44,010 nucleotides of DNA. It comes from Rhizaria sp. SCN 62-66 (Eukaryota). A program made the translations under genes and the position numbers. Below are positions 22,801 through 31,325 of the stretch, piece after piece; position 1 is the stretch's first letter; each line of letters starts with the position of its first letter. A model generated the notes under the pieces. It did no database searches and was not told the origin of the DNA. It saw nothing but the letters and a program-made list of their open reading frames with translations. The stretch spans positions 124,001-168,010 of the forward strand of contig MEDY01000015.1 of assembly GCA_001724265.1 (NCBI GenBank), written 5' to 3'.

Positions 22801-25800
22801 CTGCTGCCGGCGTTCGGATTGAGAGTGATCCCCTTGACGCGCGCGCGCGTGGTGCGCACACGGCCCACACTGCTGAAGCTGCCTCGTCCAGTGACGCCGG
22901 TGCCCGCCGCAGCCGCCGCCGCCGCAGCCGCCGCGGCCGGGGTCAGGATCAGCGACGCCGCGTCGTCGTCGCCGTCGTCGCCGCCGCCGGCAGGGCCGAC
23001 AATGGCGCCGCCCGTGGCGACGACAGCGGCGCTGTCTTCGCCCTCGACGCTCTGCAGCCGGTCGAAGCCGAACCACGGAGAGGAGGAGCCGCGCGGGTGC
23101 GAGCCGCCCGTGTGGTTGGCGTGGATGCCGTGCACGGGGGTGACTTCATGGCTGGTCGAGTCAGACCACTGGTGCTGCTGCTGCTGCTGTTGCTGCTGAT
23201 GGAGGTGCATCTGGTACATTTGCTGTTGGTGCTGCTGGTACTGAAGATCCGGCTCAGGAGGGAGAGCGTAGATGTGCAACTGTCCAAACTCGTCTTGATG
23301 CGGCACGGAATCAAAGTTAGGCCGCGCAGAGTCGATCTCCTGGGGTTGAATCTCCTGAGTGCGTCCCCAAAGTGCAACAGGATCAACGCCATCGTCGTCG
23401 TCATCGTCATCGTCCTGTTGAAGCATCTGCTCCTGCTCCTGCTGCTGCTGCTGTTTCAGGCTGCTCTGTCTCGGCATGCGAGCCGACTTGAGCCCGTCGA
23501 ACTCGAACGCCATGTCAGCCGCGTTCTCGAGACTGTTGTCGAGCCCCATCGCACCGCCGCCACCGTCGCCGTTGTCATTGGCCCCGTTCCCGGTGTTGTA
23601 GTGGGTCGGCCGCGCGCCCCGCAGCGGCTTGCGCGACAGACTCATGGTGCCGTTGCGCCGGAGAGCGGCCGTCACGGCGGCGGCGCCAGGGCCCAGCCCC
23701 AAACCGGTGACCGACAGCGAGGCCTTGTCCGCGGTCACCTGGCCCGTCTTGCGCGGGGTCCCTGTGCCGGTGCCAATCACACTGAGGCCGCCGTGGGGCG
23801 CGCCGGCGGCCGCTGCCGCGTGTCCACCCTGCTGTTGTGGGATGGCAGTGACGGAGATCGAGGGCGCAGAGCCAGAGATGTTAGACAGAGGGATTGACGC
23901 GGCGGACGACGACGCGGTGGAGTGATTCGACCGGTGTGACGACGGCCTCGCACCGAAACGACCGTGGGGCGCCGCAGTGGAGTGACCGTGGACAGCGGCA
24001 GCAGACTGACCGTGGGCAGCTGCAGTTGCTTGAGCGGTGATGCTGCTAGTCACGGGGAAATGACCGTGAGAAGCCGCGACAAGAGCGTTCTGAGATTCGG
24101 ACGCTAACTGTTGACCAAGATGCTGCAACTGCTGCTGCAGCTGTTGCTGCTGCAATGAGGGACGATTGCGGGGCAGTGTCGCCAAATCGAACAGTTCGAG
24201 CTCTGCCTGGACGGAGGCATCGTCGTTTGCACCGACGTCATCGTCATCATCGTCGACGTCGCTGCCACTTATAGCGTCGTCATCGTCATCGTCGTCGTCG
24301 TCGTCGTCAAAGAATGCGCCGTCGTTTACATCTTCGTCGTTGTCGTGGTCAAACAGCATGTCGTCAGTATCCTTGACGTGATCGTTCTCGTCCTCGGCGT
24401 CAAAGAAATCGCTGTCAATCACACTCACTCCGTCTTGGCGACTGGCGCTGCGAACGCCGCTCGCATTGCCCGGCACGCCGACCGCGACCGAGTCGGTGGG
24501 CTTAACGCCGCCCTTGCCGGAACCAGTCTTGGACTTGCTTGAGCCGGCTTGTTTCCGAGTCTTGGTCCCCGCCGCAGTGGCGCCGAGCTCCACGCCGGTC
24601 CCCGCGGCCGCAGCCTGCTGCGAGCGCCGACTGCGCTGCCGCAGCGAGAGAGAAAGCGAGTGCGTGCCCTTGCCAGTGGAGCCACGGTGAACGACGGTGT
24701 CGACGTCAAAGTCGTCCTCATCTTCCTCCTCATCGTCGTCGTCGTTGCCGCTCATGGCAAGGTCATCGTCGTTGTCGTGGGACGCGGTAAGCCCGCCGCT
24801 GTTGGAGCTGTTTTTGTTGTGGCCGCCGGCAGTGAAGCTCGAGTTTAGCGCGTCCTTGCCGCCTGCGGCGTTCACGTCCCCGGCGTTGCGAGCCCCATCA
24901 ATCTCATCATCATCATCATCGTCGTAGTACGAACCGCCGAATGCGCTGAACGTATCGTAGCCGCCGCGGCCGACCATAATCCCGTCGCCGTCGCCGTTGT
25001 TGTCGATGTCGCCGACTCGAACGCGCGCTGCGCCAGCGCCGGCGCCGCTATCGTCGTCGTTGTCGTAGTCGCTGCCGGTGGCGCCGCGGGGGCCGCGGGA
25101 CTTGCCGCTGAAGCGACGGCTACCACGCCCCTGCTGGCCCGGCTGCCGCGGCTGCTGCTGCTGTTGCTGTTGTTGCTGTTGCTGTTGCTACGATGGCATC
25201 GAGACACTCGGGCTTGTCGCAGCTGCAGCCACTGGTGCGTCGCCCGCTCTCGCTGCCGTCGGCGTGTTGGCGGCGGCAGAAGCAGAGGCAGCGGCAGCGG
25301 TGGCGGTGGCGGCAGCGGTGGCGCGCAGCACACGCTGAGTGCGTGACCGAGCCTGCTGGAGTGACTGCGCGACAGCTGCAGCACGGGAGCTCGATACCGC
25401 AACAGCCGCGGCGGGACCAGCGGAGGTGGCGTTCGATTTAGCGACCGCAGTCGGCTGATGCTGAGGGTGATGCTGTTTGTGGGGCATTTGTTGGTTTTGC
25501 TGTGCGTTGTGTGGGGGAGGCGGGGCGAGCCATGCAACCACGCGTTGCACGCCTTTGCTCGCAGCGTCATCGCCGTTGTCATCTTCGTTATCCCGGTCGA
25601 CGATCGGGCCGCCGATCGTATTCAGACCGTCATTTGCGGGGGGATTCCCGTGGTTATGGTGCGTTGACGGTCCAATCATCGACGCAAAGTGAGCCTTGTT
25701 AGCCATAATACGCGGCCGCGTCGCGTCGGAGTCAGCCCGAGCCCTGCCTTGCTGCACTGGCCCCACCCCGCTGGCGCCACCACTGCTGGTCACTAGTCCC

Positions 25801-26296
25801 CGGTGCAAAGTGCCTGGGCTGATGTTGTTGCTATTATTGTTGTTGTTGATGACGCTGCTGCTGAGCGTGTTGGTGCGGCTGCGCGCGGTCAGCGTCCGGC
25901 GCACGCGCACGCTGCCGGTGGTGGTTCTGCTCACAACGCTGCTGAGATGGTTATGGTTCGGATTGAGCATGTCGCCAGAGTAGGCGAACATAGAGTTGCC
26001 GCCGCCGGTGCTGTTTAGAGTCGCGGCGTTCAGGCTGCCGGTGTTATTGTGGTGGCGCTGCGAGTTAAGGCGCAGGGGCTCGGCGCCGCGCGCGCTCGCC
26101 AGCGCCGAAATGAGCATTGAGACGGGGGGCAGCGACACGGTAGCTGTCATCGCCGCTGCGCTAGCTTGTTGATGTTGCTGTTGCTGAGACTGCTGCTGTT
26201 GCAGGGAGGTTGGAGTGGCGATGGGCATAGTGCCTGCACTGCGCGCGCTAGCCGGCGCTTCAACAGTACCACTAACAGCAGCCGTCGTCGCAGCAA

Positions 26297-26328
<32 letters not shown>

Positions 26329-26810
26329 CCACCACCACCAACAGCAGTAGCAGCAGCACCAGCGGTCATCGAAGCAACGGAGGAACTTGCGCTTGCAGAC
26401 ACTGTCACGCTATACCTAGTCGCAGCCGCGGCAGTTGACGCCGTTTGCGGGCCAATGAACACACTGTTAGCACTCGAACCAGCAGCAGCATTTGTGTTTG
26501 AGCTCGCGGGGACGGGTGCGTTAGTCTGAGGCAGCGGCAGAGACGCCGAGAGCGTCGCGATCGCCTGCTCTGCTGTCATGCCAGCCTGCAGCAGAGGGAT
26601 CATGCGGCGTGTCAGCTCCGACACAACCACGGTGCGGTCCGCGGGGACACCCGCAGCCCCGATGGCGCTCGCAGTGTCGTTTGTGGCGCCGTTTGTCGTG
26701 TTTGGGGTGGTGTTGCTGCTGGGAGGGAGGGAGGCGGCCGTGGCGGTGAGCAAGCGCGCCAACGAGGCTAGGGCCGCGGCTTCCGAGGGAGCCGCGGGCG
26801 GAGCGCTCAT
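16896..26810 (-). CDS. Giant intronless BROMI (broad-minded/TBC1D32)-like protein, ~3304 aa if the single in-frame TAG at 25190-25188 is decoded
   Basis: ORFs 25188..26810 and 16896..24977 share one frame, and the 71 codons between them are coding-like. Segments RLLAALLLARTPASDLLARGYWRPLRRSL, SPLALLCSIDPSATWLRRLL and N-terminal ELTRRMIPLLQAGMTAEQAIATL resemble BROMI blocks as I recall them. The rest is low complexity. Ends in TGA. Confidence 0.55.
25152..25187 (-). repeat. CAG/CAA polyglutamine tract (12 codons) directly after the in-frame TAG
   Basis: Minus strand reads TAG CAA CAG CAA CAG CAA CAA CAG CAA CAG CAG CAG CAG CCG. Confidence 0.9.
26301..26327. repeat. (AGC)9 microsatellite encoding poly-Ala on the minus strand
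   Basis: Perfect trinucleotide run seen directly. Confidence 0.9.
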
Positions 26811-27265
26811 TTAGGGAGACGCGCACGTCAAGCGTGTGTCTGTGTGGATGACGTGTGCACGAGGGAGTGTTGTGTCCAAGGCTGGGGTCAGGAGACGAAA
26901 AGGGATACAGAAACGATTCTTTGATGAGCCAAAGCCGAGGATTTTGAGATGCAGATGTCAATCACAGGCATATCAACAAGCGTATCTCAATTAAAACCTG
27001 GTGTAAAACCACAAGATCGGTCCAACTTTGATATAAAGCGTGATTTTCGCAAACTATACACTCGGAAATGAAGATAAGCTTGGCACCACTCATTCGACTG
27101 TGAAGTTCACCTTCAATCATATACAGTACAATAGAGTCTCCGACAACAAACTTACGATTCGAACACAAAAAGCATACCAATCGCACATAGCGGATCACAA
27201 AATTATATATTGTACAAAGATGAACTCGAAGAGCTGCACTTTCCCAACACATCACACCTCGACGA

Positions 27266-27293
27266 CCCCCCCCCCCCNNNNCCCCCCCCCCCC
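27266..27293. repeat. Poly-C/G homopolymer containing a 4-N assembly gap
   Basis: C12-NNNN-C12 seen directly. Confidence 0.95.
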
Positions 27294-27591
27294 GTTCAGC
27301 CACCACAGCACTTTGGCACGCAGCTCCAACAAGACACAGGTTAGAGTATAACTATGATCTTTAACGTGTGTTTTGTATTAGAATAACTTCATATGTAGAT
27401 ATATATTAGAACATAAACAACTTCCTGCCTTCCTCACAGCACAGTATCCCCTGTTTCATATCGATACGCAATTGAGCAACGCACCTCACAAGTGTGACAA
27501 GTGACATAACATTGATCATCAGCCGCCCCAAACCTCAGCAGCAGCTTCGCCCCAAGCACGATAAAGCGACTTTACGTGTGCAGCGGCCCGC

Positions 27592-28848
27592 TTACTTCTG
27601 CCTGATATCGTTCGGGGTGGCCACGGATGACTGCATGAGCGAGCCCGAGTCCAGGAACACACGGTTCCCACTGCCCGCAATAGTCTCTGCGATCTGCGCT
27701 GCGGCGTCGAGCTTGCGCAGCTCCATGTAGCCGGGGTTCTTCGCGATCGCGGCGCCAATGAGCAGCGCGGATTGCGCCTCACCCTCGGCCTTGATGATGG
27801 TCGAGCGCTTGTCCTGCAGCGCCTGCTTGACGAAGTACTTAGCGCGCTCAGACTCCTGCTGCGCGACCTGCTTGGCCTCGACGGCGGCGCGATACTCCTT
27901 GCCGAAGGTCAGGTGCGTGATCGACACATCCTCAACGTCGATGTGGAAGTCCACGGCGCGGTCAGTCAGGTTGCGGCGGATCAGGCGCGAGACCTGTTCA
28001 CGCTGCGTGATGAGCTCGCCTGCAGTGAACTGGGCCACGACGGACTTGAGCGTCTCGTTGATGATCGAGGGCAGCACGCGCTCGTCGTAGTCCGTGCCCA
28101 GCTGCATCAGCACCTGTGGCAGCGCGTCCTGGAACGGCTTGTACAGCACGCGCAAAGTGATGTCGACGGTCTGCAGGTCGCGCGTGCCCGTGGGGGAGCG
28201 CACGATCTGGTCCTGGGTGCGGACCGAGAAGATGTACGGGTACTCGATGTACGGGATGCGGAAATGCGTGCCTTCGCGCACCACGGTGGGGTTGACGCCT
28301 GTAATGCGGTTGAAGATGACGCCCGCGTGACCGGCATCGACGTTGTAGAGGCAGTTGATGCCGGTGTAGATCATCGCGCCGCCGCCCATGATCGCCATGA
28401 GGCCGCCCAAAACGCCCTTGATCGTCGAGGCGCTTGCCCGGCCAGCAGAGCTGGAGCCGCCGGACGCACCCTGCTGCGTCTGTATGGGAGCGCCAAAGCG
28501 GGGAAAAACAATTTAAGGGTTGAGAGAGCAAGGTTGGAGGATGAGAGGCAGACAGGCGATCGGTGTAGTTGTTGTGAGGGAGGGAAGGTCAGAAGAAGCA
28601 AACGTGGGACGAGACTCGAGATATGACAAAGATTACATCAGCATAGACGAGTGGAGAAAGTGCATATCAGAGATCGAATAGAATTCTGGTCAAGTCAGTT
28701 GTTTGCAGTACGAAGAGTCGCCGCTTGAGAGTGGGTATGGGGCAGATTGGGGACAAGACGTGAGTGATCGCACGAGAGTCCGGCAGGTAGGATAAAGAAT
28801 GATAAAACGTACCACGACCATAATGCGCTTCATAAGATTAGCAGCCAT
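27592..28848 (-). CDS. PHB2: Prohibitin-2 (SPFH/band-7, mitochondrial inner membrane; 307 aa, 2 exons)
   Basis: Exon 1 is 28848-28813 (MAANLMKRIMVV), followed by a GTACGT..TACAG intron and exon 2 at 28479-27592. Motifs GTHFRIP, DLQTVDITLRVL, DYDERVLPSIINETLKSVVAQF and AVEAKQVAQQE. The C-terminal NPGYMELRK..IA..GNRVFLDS is PHB2-type. Ends in TAA. Confidence 0.95.
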
Positions 28849-29200
28849 TGTATCAGTACAGATAATCACTAAAACGAGGACGTTTAGTGAAGTATATCGT
28901 CAGATGTTGACCTTCAAAGTCATCCCCCAGAACGCGAGGGTCCACATCAGTCTCTCTCGGTTGGCCAGCCAATTGACTGTGAGCTCGACCGTCCACATTC
29001 CAGTTTGTGGTGAGAATTGAAACAGTACAGATATGCACTTGAAACAAACGTTAACTCAATTTATTCGTGGTAATACTCATGCAAAATAGGACAAAACATA
29101 ATTAAACACTAATTGGTATCTATATCAACGCATATACAGCGTTACATCTACTCGATCGTGAAAGAGATCATATCGCGTGATAAGATCCACGCCGTTCTGC

Positions 29201-31006
29201 TCACCGTGCGGCGATGGCGTCAATCTGCACGAGCGCGTCCTGCGGCAGCGCAGCCACGGTCATGACCGTCACGGCGGGGGCCGCGAGCCGCGCCTCGAGC
29301 TCGACCACCTCATCCCCGGCCTTGGCAGCGCGTGCCGCCGCCCAGACCGCGTTCGTGATCACCTCACTGGCGGTCTCGGCGTCGGCCGCGGGCGCGAGCA
29401 GCACGGTGAGCTTGAGCGCCTTGAGCAGCGAGCTATTCTTACTCAGCAGCGCACGCTCCACGGCCGCCAGCGCGGACTCGGCCGCGCGCGCCGTCTCAGC
29501 GCCCGCGGCCGCGCTGTTGTGGGCCGCGGACTCAGCGGAGCCGGCGAGGGCGCCCTCAGTGAAGATGACACCCTTGGGCGCGGGGGGCCGGCCGAGGTAG
29601 TACGCAGTGCGCGCAAAGGGGCACTTGGGCGGCACGGTGACGGCCTCAATGGCGGCGGCGCGCGTAGTCAACACGGACATCGCCGGCACGGGGACATTAG
29701 TCGCAGCCTTGGCGTCCGTGGCCGCGGCGGAGTCGACGTGTTCGACGGTGGCCTCCGAGGCGAGGGCGGCGACGGCCTCGATCTCGGCCTTCGCGCCGAC
29801 CGGGAGCCCCGCGACGGCGTAGGCCGTGACGACGGTGGGCGAGGCACCGGCGGGGAACCGCTCGCGGACGACGGCCAGCGCGGGCGCGATGTCGGCCGCG
29901 GCGGCGACGAGCACGGTCAGGCGGCACACGGTCTCGAGCGAGGCGCCCGAGGCGGCCAGCACAGCCGACAGGGAGGTCAGGGCCACGGCGGTCTGCTCGG
30001 CAGCGGTAGCGCCGATGAGCTGGCCCGCAGGGTATGTGTCGGGGGACGCGGCGCGCTGCTCGGGGGTTGGCAGTGCGACCTAAAGAGGGAACAAGGGACA
30101 GAAACATAAATGAGTTACAGATATAAGGGAGATGTTAATGAACTACAGTAAAATTGAGATATAGTATCTAAGATATAGTAACACAGCATATAAAGGAGAT
30201 TTACTTCAAATATCATACGATATGGACATAAAGCGATGCAATTTAAAGAAACGCACCTGTCCGGAGACGAAGACGATGCCGGAGCCCTTAAGCACGGAGC
30301 ACTGCGAATAGGGCCCAATCGCGGCGGGCGCGGCCTCCGTCGCCGGGTGTGCGACGGGGCTCGCGGCCTTGGGCAGCGGGTGCGGGCAGGGCGCCTCAGC
30401 GGGGGGCGCCGTGCCCGCGGCGGCCGCGGCGGCGCGCTGCTTGGCGATGAACGGGCACTGCGCAGCGGCGGCGGCGGTGGCGGTGGCGTCAGCGTCGGCA
30501 GTGGCGGCGTAGGCCTCGACTGCAATAAGCGCGCCGGGCACCGCGGGCGCCGGGTTGGCCACGGCGTAGCACGCGCGCGCGGGGGGCGCCTGCGGAAACG
30601 TCTCGGCGTAGACTGCGTTGACAGCCGCGAAGTGAGCCATGTCGGTCAGCAGCACGGAACACTTGAGCACGTGTGCCGGGGAAGAGCCCGCGGCGGTGAG
30701 CGCGCGCGTGAGGTGTGCGAGCGCGGCGCGGGCCTGCTCGGCAGGGTCGGTGGAGACGACGGAGCCCGTGGCAGCGTCGGTGCCGGCGATGGCAGGGATG
30801 TACACGACGTTGCCGAACGAGTGTGTCACGGCGGCCGGGACCGGGGTATTCTTGCTGTCCGAGAGCGCGAGCGTGGCCTTGTGCTTCTTCCACACGGCGC
30901 CGCGGACCTTGGTGAGCTTGCGGGAGACAGTGCGCGCCAGGGGCACGGCCGCGGCGGCCAGACCGCCGAGGACTAGCGTGCGGAGCACGGTGGGGGTCAG
31001 AGACAT
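29201..31006 (-). CDS. Three tandem RidA/YjgF/UK114 domains with an N-terminal hydrophobic-basic leader (542 aa, 2 exons)
   Basis: Exons 31006-30257 and 30079-29201; intron GTGCGT..TTTAG, phase 0. D1 has VLKCSVLLTDMAHFAAVNAVY..PPARAC. D2 has APAAIGPYSQ..FVSGQ..LPVGAKAEIEAVA. D3 has LKLTVLL..VAALPQDALVQIDAIA. Ends in TGA. Confidence 0.9.
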
Positions 31007-31325
31007 CTGCGCCAGACACAGAAAACGCGTGCAAGGAAAAAAATGACAAATAAATTTAGTAGAGTTCATCGTGGCCATATCGTGACATAAGTTTCAAAGA
31101 AGTTTGGCGATGTATTATAGCGATACAGACGCAGACCCCAAAAGGTCGGTTTTTGATCTGCCAGTCTTGGGCATGCCCAACCTGAGGCGAGAAAAAAACT
31201 TGTGGTGATACGTGTTTTCGCACTCGCACCGGCGTACAACAAACCCATCCATCAATGATACTCACTTGCTAATGTAATAAATATAGAGACATATAATAAT
31301 AGAGTCCGCCTTTGCCGGTCCTCTC

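Noticed and set aside
24978-25187. Intergenic spacer or intron separating two independent genes
   Set aside because: The segment is GC-rich, in frame and reads as protein (polyQ, DYDNDDD, GDIDNNGDG). It lacks the donor, pyrimidine tract and AT-richness seen in all other introns and spacers. Not fully excluded without transcripts.
25182-25190. TMV-type readthrough signal UAG-CAR-YYA
   Set aside because: Only UAG-CAA matches; the next triplet is CAG, not YYA.
31238-31252. Coding micro-exon MDGFV spliced from GTACGC (31237) to the RidA ATG
   Set aside because: It is in frame but lies only ~75 nt from the NDUFAF6 stop, leaving little room for a 3' UTR and promoter. Left out of the model as unresolved.
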